The notes under the pieces were generated by a model. It had not been told where the DNA came from. It worked only from the letters and a program-made list of their open reading frames with translations, and searched no databases. A DNA stretch of 63,986 nt, counting the filler, from Lenisia limosa (lineage: Eukaryota; Protista; Breviatea): the NCBI GenBank assembly GCA_001655205.1. It is 10 parts of 10 records of this genome, joined end to end, with 100 filler letters (N's around TTAATTAATTAA, not from the genome) between each part and the next. Parts side by side here need not be neighbours in the genome. Positions count along the whole stretch, not along the records: positions 1 to 19,687 come from LPNZ01008887.1; 9 more parts are not named here. One strand, written 5' to 3'. The translations under genes and the position numbers were made by a program. Within the stretch, counting starts at the first letter, position 1; the number at the start of each line of letters is the position of its first letter. Shown one piece after another: positions 1 through 11,216 of the stretch.

Positions 1-125
1 TTTGCTGATAGCACACAGGGTTGAGAACATAAAACAAACAAAGCCCAAGCCAGTCGTTTCTGCAGCACCGCATCCCTCAAGCGTACAGTAAATATATAAT
101 TTATGAAACAAAAAAAAGCCAATCT
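1..125 (-). repeat. Family R2 copies in a channel intron
   Basis: Reverse complement of ...atgcggtgctgcagaaacgactggcttgggctttgtttgtttt...caaccctgtgtg; same strand as the host gene. Confidence 0.75.
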
Positions 126-280
126 ATCTGTGCAGCAAGTATAATACTTTAATCACCGTTTTGTACCATAGTGAAAGAAGGGGGGGCATAAATAAAAAAA
201 ATGTGACCCTAAAATAATTGAAAAAATGATGCTGATTTGAAATTTTATCTCTTTGAACAACTTTACCAAATATCACCCAC

Positions 281-3200
281 CTCTGTATCTATAAGCATCC
301 AGGCCTCCGCCAGTCGGTCCACATCTACGTCTTTTACTTCCTGGGGGGGGGGGGGGNNNNNNNNNNNNNNNNNNNNNNNNNNNNNNNNNNNNNNNNNNNN
401 NNNNNNNNNNNNNNNNNNNNNNNNNNNNNNNNNNNNNNNNNNNNNNNNNNNNNNNNNNNNNNNNNNNNNNNNNNNNNNNNNNNNNNNNNNNNNNNNNNNN
501 GTCGCTTCTGTAGCACTGCATCCCATCACTCCAGCGTAAAAGTACAGTTTTTTATTGGGCAAACAAAATGGAAAAAGCCCTGAGACAATATTAAACTGTT
601 CGAATCAATGAGAGAGGCGGAGGAAGAGGGGATGAGAGAGAGGGGGGGTCTGAATCAGTTCAATTGGCCAGACATTAGGTTCACACAATAGACTCTGCAG
701 AAGAATCTTATTTCCATTACTCCAGAGGTGGTAGCCTTCTCCGGTAATACGAATACTGCGCATTAAGTCTATCACCCCTCTCACGGCAGTCTGCTGTTTG
801 GTTGCAGAGTCGAAGTTATCCAGGATAACGGCGATGACGATGTTGAGAACCACCAGGTTGATGAAGATGATAAAGAACTGGCGTGGTGAATGAAAGATGA
901 TGAAGAACTGGCGTGTTGAATGAAAGATGATGAAGAACTGGCGTGGTGGATAAAAGAACTTTGGAAGAGGTGACAAGGAATGTTCAGGATGGCACTATAC
1001 CATTGAGAGGTATTATGAAGAAATAGGAGAAAATCATTGGATATCACAACCACAAACCACGAAATACGTATAGGCCTGCCAGGGCTCTCCGCAATTCTCT
1101 TCAGCGTAAGTGCAGTCACTGTTACTGGGCTGGATCATAGCCGACCTCATGACCTGTGTTGGCATCATGATTCATCAATGTTTTAATAGCAAGAACTACA
1201 GATACATTTTAAAATACAATATACTAGTAGATACAGTATAAAGCAAAATTACCATCTAATCACGAGTCCATGTACAGAATCCGTTCCCCCCCCCCCCTAC
1301 CTCATTCCAGCCCGCAGCGGTAGCAAGTCGGAAGGTCATGAGGAAGGCCATGGCGAAGTTGTCAAAGTTCACTATTTGGTCAATTTGGATTGTGTGGCAA
1401 ACAAGGGGAATATCTCAGTAAGATAGCGAGTATCTCAGTAAGATAGCGAGTATCTCAGTAAGATAGCGACAGTATGTGACACGATCCATCTCCACGACTC
1501 GGTCAAAAGACGTGATGGTGTTAATTTCTTGTACAGATCGAAGTAACCCCCCACTGTCTTCATTAATGCCATCAGTATGCAGGACTTTGCCGAAAAGGGA
1601 CATGCCGAGAATTGAGAACATAATAAGCAGGAGAACAAGAACGGCAACTACAACGATCATTCAAATGGGCAATGTATAGTACAAGATTATCCAGTTGAAG
1701 CTGCCCGTATCATTGCAATAAAGGTTTTTGATGACAATAATATCATTCACTCTTCCAATATTTCAGTGCACCAGTAATAGAATTGCTAAGGGTTAATTCA
1801 AGACCACTCACAGATGTTGAAGAGGGAAGGAAGCGAGTAGATGAGAGTGTAGATGAGTTTTCGGACATTCTCTGCGCCTAAAAGGTCAAACAATGTTTGG
1901 AGTTCTTGGATGGAAACAACTGGGAAAGGTATTGTATTTGAGGATTTCTTGGTGCCTATTCTCCGGGCTGATATATCAGAAAATTAACTCCACGATTCTA
2001 TTTTCATTCTCATCCCCTCTTGCACGTACCTCTGAGCAATCTAAGGAATCTGAAGGACCTAAAAGCTCGGAACACGCGGAACACCATGGTGTTGATCGGT
2101 AGGGACGGCAGAAATACTAGGAACAACTGAATGGGGTGAGAGGAAACATTGAGTCTGTGTGCGAGTAAAGCAATAACAAATACTGTAATAATGGGGTTGC
2201 AAAAAACAGAGTACAGAGAGGCATCGCGTGGCTTACTTCGACACAGAGTGCAAAGAGACTGAGGCACAGGATGCTGAAGTCAAACCTAAAACATGAACAC
2301 TGATGATGGGAGGCATGAGCTGAGAAAAACAGGCCAGGACTGGGTGGGACAATATCATATCACGAATTACCCCCCCCCCCCCNNNNNNNNNNNNNNNNNN
2401 NNNNNNNNNNNNNNNNNNNNNNNNNNNNNNNNNNNNNNNNNNNNNNNNNNNNNNNNNNNNNNNNNNNNNNNNNNNNNNNNNNNNNNNNCGATGACGAAAA
2501 TGCCCGTGAAGAGGAGGTTCGCAAAGTACTGCACGTCCGTCCATGTGGATCTGAAAGATCATTTTCTCTGATTTCAAATCCGAATCCATAATCTTGATCA
2601 GAATCCATTATCTTGATCATGGACAATCAAAGGTTTTGAGTGAGAAATATGCTGATAAAATCGAAAGATAATACAACATAATATCATAGAAATAGTTGAA
2701 TAGTTTATTTTGACCTGGACCAGAGGTGGCAATGAGGAAAGCGTCGTACCCCTGATTATAGTGCTCAAGGGCCATGAAGAGCGTGTTTACCACCACGACA
2801 AGCATAATAAACACTTCAAACTTCCAACTCTGGGAGATGCCATGGAACTGCACAGGTAAGAGGGAATAAAGATTATTCTAAGGGGCTGGCAAAACAAAAA
2901 CCATTGACCCACGAATTGTCTGAATTTCGACTTCGGAGTGGGCGGCTTGACAGTCAAACGACACGCAAGCATGACTCGTTGCGCCTATTTGGTCAGTGGA
3001 GTGTGTGTTTCAAATTTGACAAAAGGAAAAAAAGCGAACTGAAAATTGACTAGTCCGAGCGAACCAAACCCAGGTGTTATTATACCATTCACACATCTCA
3101 CCTCACTCCACTGCTTTTGGCTTTCTGTCATTGTACTATGACCCTCCTCCTCGCGCTTCAAGCGGAAGAATGTGTCCACAATGACACCTAGGAAATCACC

Positions 3201-6200
3201 GCAATGTTGCACATCATGCAGGCATGAAGCCGACTATGTCCCAAAGAATGATTGAGGCAAAGCTCCCAGACATACCTGTCACCAAGTTGAGGATGAAGAA
3301 CGCGCCAATGAGCAGGAAGATGACGAAGTAGATGGACGCGGTTTTGTTGTGGTCACGAATAGGCCCTGTGGTGAGACCCTAAGATGTCAGATCTTCTGGA
3401 GCATTGTGCGGAGGAATTATAGTGTTTCTTACATGAGTTGCAGCAATATCAATTTCCGATCCTCACAGTCAACCCATTGCCACCCTCCTACCGTAGCGTC
3501 AGTAGCAGACCAAATGATCGGCATGGCCCCCTCGAAAGTGGATACCTCCAGGAGGGTCAGCATGGATGTGAAGAACGTATCGAAGTTCGCCTCGTACGTC
3601 TCCCAAGTTCTCGTCACGTTACTTCCTTCCTCGTTCGCAAAGAAGCCCTTAATTGTGAGTCCAAGTACCGAATACTGGCTTTGTATTTGAAAGTAACTTG
3701 AGAATTGTCATCTCAGAAAGGATCCATCCCATGTCCAAAGTCGCCCACCTTGCAGTCCTCAAGGTTGTGGATGGATTCGTCAGAACAGTAGTTCAGCTGG
3801 CCGCCAAAGAGCTGCATGCCTAGGATGGCGAACATGGAAAATACCAGGACGCCGACAACCATGACATTCAGGACACCAGGAAGGGACTTGAAGAGGACGT
3901 TGACAATGAGCTGTGATTGTGGTTACTGCAGATGAGTACATTGTATTAATGCTAGAAATTATGCTATGACAACTGAAAGGAGCCTTGATTCAAGGAATGG
4001 AACGGAAATTAGTTATTCAGAAGTATTTGGTATTACTCATTACAATATCAAGAGATGGCATGGGCATGGCAGCAAGGAGGCCAGTTTGAGTACCTTCAGT
4101 CCAGGGTGGCGCTTGATGACTCGAAGGGGTCTGAGGCATCTTAGGGCTCGGAGAACTCGGAGGAAGGAGTACTCATCACCACCAGGAAGGAGGGAGAGGA
4201 CTGACACCAGCACAACACCTGGGGTGGGTCAGCGGCCATACATAAAACAAGGAATGAGGGGTGATATTTCGGGTCTCTTGAAGCAGAAGAGAAGATGCAA
4301 AAGAGCAAGATTTGCGAAAAGATAGAAATGAAAAGACTGAAAGGGAACAAAGTACATAGTCCCCGCATACAAGCATCCAAAACGTTCCAAGAGTCTCGCA
4401 GGTAGGCCCCTCGGTGAGCAAAGAGACCGTACACAATCACCTTCATCACAAGCTCCAATACGAACAGCCCAACAAAGACATAGTTGGTGTATGTTAATAC
4501 CTGCAGTGAATAAGACACCCCACCTCAGAAAACACCCGACATGAATAACTTACACATATTAACTTGAAAATGGAAATATTATGTACGGCTGCATGTACAT
4601 ATCATACAAAAAGGTTGTATATGATATAGTATATGAATGATATGTGACATAATTAGAGATATTGACTATAATACCAAAGTCACCCAGTCATTATCCTAAC
4701 ATTTCATAAAAAGCACCCCTGACCTCGGCAAGAGTGCTGTCTTTGTCCAAACCAGGCCGCTCAAGAGCAAGTGCAAAGGTAGACAGGAAAATCAAGGTAA
4801 GCACGGCAGCTATTGTGTGAAGGAAAGTGGGACCTATATTACGGGACCCTTCCAAAAGACAATAAAACACAGTGGATTCTTAACAGCAAAAGGAAGAAGC
4901 ATTGGGTTGATTTCATTAACAAAGTAATCCCATTAACCCATAATCACGCCACAATACAGAAGCCGCACTTTACCAAGAAGGACATACCCTCGAAGTTGGA
5001 GTGAGACACAACAGAGTAGAGACTCCTTCGAATAGCACCCATTGCGGGGAAAATGAAAAGCGAGCGTCCATATAGCGGCCAAGGCTCGGCCTAGCATAAA
5101 GGTTAATATATCAACTTCATTCATAGGGGGTTGAAGGTCAAAGAACATCAGCGAAATGATAAATTATATCCTGGGTATGAAAGACACCATTATTGCTATA
5201 ATTGGGACCAATACAATATCACTCACTTTTTTATTTGTTTAATAGCATTGGCATTATGAAAAAAAATAATATATCGTGTGGTGTGGGGTGGGGAGGATCA
5301 AATACAAAACAAGAAGAACAAATTCGNNNNNNNNNNNNNNNNNNNNNNNNNNNNNNNNNNNNNNNNNNNNNNNNNNNNNNNNNNNNNNNNNNNNNNNNNN
5401 NNNNNNNNNNNNNNNNNNNNNNNNNNNNNNNNNNNNNNNNNNNNNNNNNNNNNNNNNNNCAAGTCCCTACACACCTCCATTGCCTCTTCAGCCTCCTCAA
5501 AAGGAACAATCTTATCCTCGTCTGCTTTATCCCACTCATCAGTCTCGTTTCTAAAATCGTAAAAAATGGTTCTCAAGGATTCCTCGAATCATGTTCGGAG
5601 CCAAAATCGAAGTCCTGCGAGAAAAGCCCGAATTGCTGACATTTCCTGCATCTCAGACTCCATGAGTATGATGCACTGGTTGTCATCAAGAGAGCCGCTA
5701 GCAGCACGCCGCTTCTTCCGGGGGGTTGCCTGCGGGGGGGTGGGGGGTGGNNNNNNNNNNNNNNNNNNNNNNNNNNNNNNNNNNNNNNNNNNNNNNNNNN
5801 NNNNNNNNNNNNNNNNNNNNNNNNNNNNNNNNAAAAAAAAGGCCCAAAATCAACTCTGATATAAAACGGGTGGATTTATTGAAGATTTATTGGGACCTCG
5901 AACAAAATAGAACAATAGAAAAGGCCCAACAAAGAACATGTTAGATTGTCACGTGACCTTCCATCCCCCCCCCCCTACAATAGCCGGCACGGCCTCCGTT
6001 TCTTCCGCCACGGCAGCCTCGGCCCACGTGATATCGTCCTAAGGATCAGAATAAGGCTCATCTAAAAATGGGGTGGGTTTTATTTAGTCTATAGAAAAAT
6101 AAGTGATAACAGAATAATGCATCCAATCCGCCCCATCATGCCATATCAGCCACGGGCGTATTATCAGCCCCAAGTTTACCGGACCCAGCGGCTGGGTGTC

Positions 6201-9200
6201 CACAATGTCGGCATCAGTAGCCACCATTTCACCCGCTCTGTCGAAGTTTGTGAAGAGAACCTGCAAAATGAACAACAGATAGTGGGTGGAAAGGGAACCT
6301 CGTATGATATGTCTGTTTTGGTACTATTGCTTTGTTTGCTTCATGGTACTTGCTGTAGTGATGCGCACTTAACACAAAAACCTCCTACCGCCAAGAAGAG
6401 GTTAAGAATCAAGACGGCACCGATGAGCACAACCACGATGAAGAAGATGGAGATGGTCCAATCAGTCGCCCGCACTCCGTCAAAAAGCGGCTCGATCCAT
6501 TCGCCGCATATCATGCGGAAGATGGACCAAAGGGCATGGTAGATATCGTCAAAGTTGGTCCGCGGCACTCCGTCCTCAAAGTTATACTGCAAATGTCAGG
6601 GAGGTTCAGGGCTACACTGTAAATTGAGAGTTTCAAACTTCCATCTTTTTTGACCAAAGATATCAAGACCATATGATATTAAGTTGCAACCACCCACCTT
6701 GCCACCAAGCATCTGCATCCCGGTGAGAGCACAGATGAAGATGACCAGGAACGTGATGAAAGTGATGTTGCCGAGGCTTGACAATGACCGAACCATTGCC
6801 AACAGCAGGATGCGGAAAGATGTCCATGCTCTGAGTGATATTAGATGTATGGGGGAAACCGATACTATGTCGGACTGGCTGCCATAGTTCTAATCAGAGG
6901 CAGAAGCATGCTTTACCTTACCTAGCCAGCTTCACAACTCTGAACAGGCGGAGTGAGCGGAAGGCCGATAAGTTCTGTCCGGCGGAGAAGAAAAGCTCCA
7001 CAATAGAGATCTGCAATGTCAGTGTCAGATGAAAAGGTCCCAGTGACAGGCCTCATGCATACAATGACAATTGTTGCGTCAAATTTGTTCATGGGGTTCT
7101 TAAAGTACATTTTCGGCCCCAGGCCAATCAGTTTAATGATCATTTCAATTGCGAACAAGACAACGAAGAAGATATTGGCCTTGTCTAAAGTGGTAAGTAC
7201 CAGGAGAGAACGCACTTAGTCGGTCTTGTTCCTCATCAGAGAGGTTCGGCGTCTCCATTGCCATCGTCACCAAGTTGATCAGAATCGCAAACAGAATAAT
7301 AAACTCAAACACCTTGGAAGTCAGAAACGAGGGAAAAGTGGAAATGAAAGATAAAAAAATGGTTTCATCTTTATTGTATCAGAAAAAAGGGGTAGATGCA
7401 ACCAACAGACCTGGTGGAAAGCCACAGTGTAGAACACCCCTCTGATACCCTTCGGCTTCCCCGGTCTGAATAGTGTGAAAGGGTTGGCGCGTCTTTGATA
7501 TGATATATATATGATATATGATATATATCTAAATGTATACATGTACAGTATATCGACTTCTCATTGAAAATCAGTCAAGACTTATCCCGATCCCTGGTTG
7601 ATATGCATTATTATAGCAATGAGAAAAAAAACGCTACCAAAACTTCGGCTTCGGTTAGTGCATAGTTAATACAAACAATATCCATTATTTGTGTGATGAG
7701 TATTAGTTTTAATGCAAAAAGCACAGAGTTCTGTGCTTTTGAAGCAATAGGCACAGTGTCGTCATCCCCATGTTAATAGGGGACATAAACAACAGCCAAC
7801 CTGGTGCCTTCATCAAGACTGTGGTCCTTCGCCGCTGTCATGCCATTGAGGGGATGGTCCCCTGATCGTGAGGAAAATCCCGCTCCCCACGTTGTCATAT
7901 CACGTATTCCCACATCCACAGAATAAGGACTTCAAGCCCCCTCTCTCCAAAATATCCACAGAATCATTTAGAGATGAAAACTAAAAGGTGGTTGTATCCA
8001 TATTACCCCCCCCCCCCCCNNNNNNNNNNNNNNNNNNNNNNNNNNNNNNNNNNNNNNNNNNNNNNNNNNNNNNNNNNNNNNNNNNNNNNNNNNNNNNNNN
8101 NNNNNNNNNNNNNNNNNNNNNNNNNNNNNNNNNNNNNNNNNNNNNNNNNNNNNTAGAGTACTTTTTGTAAAAACACCTTTTGTATGAAAGATTTTTACTT
8201 CCAAAATCGAGAAAATAAGTTCTTAAATAGTATTGTACAGCATGATGGGAAATACTTCGAACTTATTCCCCCAACTCATTGTCTCCATCAAGTGATCGTT
8301 TGAAAAGTTGGGTTTTCACAAAAATGTATCATGGAGGGGAGAAAATGAAATATGAAAACGACGAACAGGGAAATACGGTCATTTTGGAAGGTCTTACCTC
8401 ATAGGCAGACGAAATAACGGCCAGTACCAAGTTGATCTACAGCAGGTCAACACTCCAATGGTACATGTAAAAGTGGAAAGGGTACGAAAGACTGTTATAA
8501 TATCCATAAATACAGGAATTTATCGAAATAATACCGAAAGTGAACCCTCTCTTACAATGAAGAAAGCACCGATCATAATGAGGAGGAAGAGGTAAATGGA
8601 GACCCATCGAGTTGTCATTTGGAGGAACTGCTGGTACACTCCTTCCCACTCATCAAGCATCACGATTTGGAAGATGGTAACTGTACAGTTAGCAAAGATT
8701 CCATTAAAGTCCCTCTTTGACATAACTCTTTGACATAATATCGTGTATTTTGATAATTTATAGACCAATGTGCCCTCATAGCCACCCACTCAGCGCATAG
8801 CCAATATTGTCGAATGTGGTAACACCTTCATTGGGGTTGTCAGCATTTTGTAGACACCTGTAGTGATAAGTAAACCCCTAACCAGAGCTTTTCTTTGGCC
8901 CTATAAGACCCATAAAATATCGATATTAATCGAGGATTTAGGTACTGTACGACTCTACAATCCAGAACATCACAGTTTTGCTTACGCAGTTCCGTCCACA
9001 CACTGCCGGCCGAAGCTAGGGTTCATAGAGCATAGATAGTCTTGCGAAGTGTCCTCCAAACCATCTTGACCATTAGAGCGCTTGACAAACAAAGGGCAAA
9101 TTCCGAGGCAATATATTGCACCACTTACCCGGAAAGAAGCATCGTTGTCTGAATATTCCTTGAAACATCTGGACTCCGACGATACCGAAGAGAACCTAAG

Positions 9201-10885
9201 AAGGTGGTCATTTGTGTGACTCAGGCAATATGAAGCAAATGATACCTGCTTCCCTATGGCCCCAAAAAGACCGTTTAAATATCGATAGTTATCGAGTATT
9301 TATCGAGAATTTCACTATTTTTGGGATCGTAGGAAGTCCTAATCAGTACGCCTTTCCCCCCCTTCATACCAGCACAAACAGTGTCATGAGACACGAGTTG
9401 ATCACACCTGTCAAACTGTCTAGTAAAGACTCCACAACCACTCGAAGGCCTAAACTGTCAAACCATGGAGGAAAACAACAATAACCTTGGGGGGAAAGAT
9501 CATAAAACAAGCCAAACTTCTCAAAAAAAATTATCACTACTAATCCGTTATTAAAGGTTCAGCCGCTGGATCTTTTCATCCTAGTTTCAAATGAGACTTG
9601 CAAAAAAACCTTGGCAAGCACCAAGGACCCTCGAACCCGGTGCTGCTGACATGGCGCGTAAGGCTCGGAGGATTCTTACACCTCGGATGGCGTTGTAGTT
9701 GCCTGTTCCGAGCATTGAGACGCAAGCCATAACCTGGGGGGGGGGGGGNNNNNNNNNNNNNNNNNNNNNNNNNNNNNNNNNNNNNNNNNNNNNNNNNNNN
9801 NNNNNNNNNNNNNNNNNNNNNNNNNNNNNNNNNNNNNNNNNNNNNNNNNNNNNNNNNNNNNNNNNNNNNNNNNNNNNNNNNNNNNNNNNNNNNNNNNNNN
9901 NNNNNNNNNNNNNNNNNNNNNNNNNNNNNNNNNNNNNNNNNNNNNNNNNATAGGGTTGGAAAAAAGAAGAAGAAGCCAGGGTAATTCAATTCCACAGAGT
10001 ACTGCTTCCATTACTCCAGCATGCAGGGTGAACCACCTTGATATCGGTATAAAGGATTTTTGTGCCTCCTTAGTACTTCCATATTTATTCCCACACTCAT
10101 GATGAAAGAGCAGAAGAAGAGGTGAGAGGGGGTGGTGGCCTTACCAAAATGGCGAAATCCAGTCTATTCCAGCCGTTTCTAACATAGGCGTGGGGAGACT
10201 GCACGAAACCCATTGCAATAATCTGAGGGGTGATACCACGAGTTTGAAAAGAGGGTTAAGAATTGCAGATATTTCTACAAGTGAAGGATTGGAGGGACAA
10301 AACAAACAAAGTCCAGGCTACTTGCGCTTTACCTTTAAAATTGCTTCAGTACCGTAGATGAAGAGAAACACTATTTCGGCAACATCAAGAACTAGAGAAG
10401 TAAAGAAACCAAAGACGGGGTAGGGAGAGTGTGTTGGGGGGGGGGCATACACGATTAGGAGAGACACCTCTAGGAGGAATATAGATACAAAAGTATCCCC
10501 CATCATAATATGAAGAATACATACTTTTGACAGTTGCCTCAGAGGCAGTGGGTGTGTCAAACGCCAGACAAACGCAATTGACAAGAATACACAGCGTGAT
10601 GAACCGCTCGAACCATCTAAAGTGTCATGAAATGCATCACCATGCCACACTTACTTGTTTTCAATGATGCTGATGACAAATCGTCTGAGCTTGTGTCTGA
10701 CCGGGAATAGACCGAGTGACGTTCCGGAGTAGAATCGGATGTTCGTCAGTGGCGGTGGTTGAATCTGGGTTCATCAGAGGTCATGAGACAAAGGGCAATC
10801 AAGAAGGTCAGCAAACCTCTGAAATAAAGTTGGTGCTCGACTGTGGAGCATCGAGGAAGAAGTTGTCCACTGTAGGTGGAGCCAT
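281..10885 (-). CDS. Four-domain voltage-gated cation channel alpha subunit, Nav2-like (filter D/E/E/A); multi-exon, 3' end beyond the window
   Basis: Spliced exons give the start MAPPTVDNFF...SLGLFPVRHKLRRFVISIIENK. Four S4 segments: IRGVRILRALRAM, FRSLRLFRVVKLAR, LRVLRALRCLRPLRVIKR, FRVFRAFRSFRFLRLLR. Pore loops: IFQIVMLDEW (8652), IFRMICGEW (6500), LLEVSTFEGA (3531), TFRLATAAGW (1313). IV-S6 NLVVLNIVIAVILDNF and an EF-hand-like segment VDRLAEAWMLIDTE ending at a GT donor at 280. Some exons fall in N gaps. Confidence 0.93.
878..960 (-). repeat. 30-bp tandem repeat (~3 copies) duplicating the 3' splice site and first codons of the domain IV S6 exon
   Basis: Plus-strand unit gaactggcgtggtgaatgaaagatgatgaa; on the minus strand AG acceptors fall at 878-879, 908-909 and 938-939; the unit translates as QFFIIFHS(T/P)R. 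Confidence 0.9.
1411..1470. repeat. 20-bp intronic tandem repeat x3
   Basis: tatctcagtaagatagcgag repeated three times without spacers, inside the channel intron at ~1387-1552. Confidence 0.9.
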
Positions 10886-11216
10886 ATTGATCAATTGATT
10901 GGTCACGGCAGAGAAAGGTTAACTGTGGTAAGAGGAATTACATCGGTTGGGAATGTTGAAGTACACAATTTGTAAAGAAGCTATTTGACTGCTATATCTA
11001 TTTTTATATATCTATAAAATATTTAATTATAAACACAACCTAGATACAACTAGCAACTAGCAACAACAACAACCCGAATCAAACCCGAATGGGCCGATTT
11101 CGAGGAGGTATATAAAAATATTTGTACCAGAACTTGCTTAGGATGGATTTATTTTCCACTTTTTTTACCTGGATTAAAATGGATATTATTTAAGGTGCAT
11201 TCATATTCTAGAAACA

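Noticed and set aside
860-1470. CRISPR-like array from the 30-bp and 20-bp repeats
   Set aside because: Head-to-tail copies with no unique spacers, in eukaryotic introns, with no cas genes.
281-10885. Cav or NALCN/Cch1 identity for the channel
   Set aside because: The DEEA filter, CGEW in domain II and the MTExQK linker are Nav-type; no gene symbol given because orthology is untested.
11075-11100. Telo-box/site-II-like motifs (AAACCCGAA, TGGGCC) in the divergent promoter
   Set aside because: Short, imperfect, plant-defined motifs that are expected by chance.
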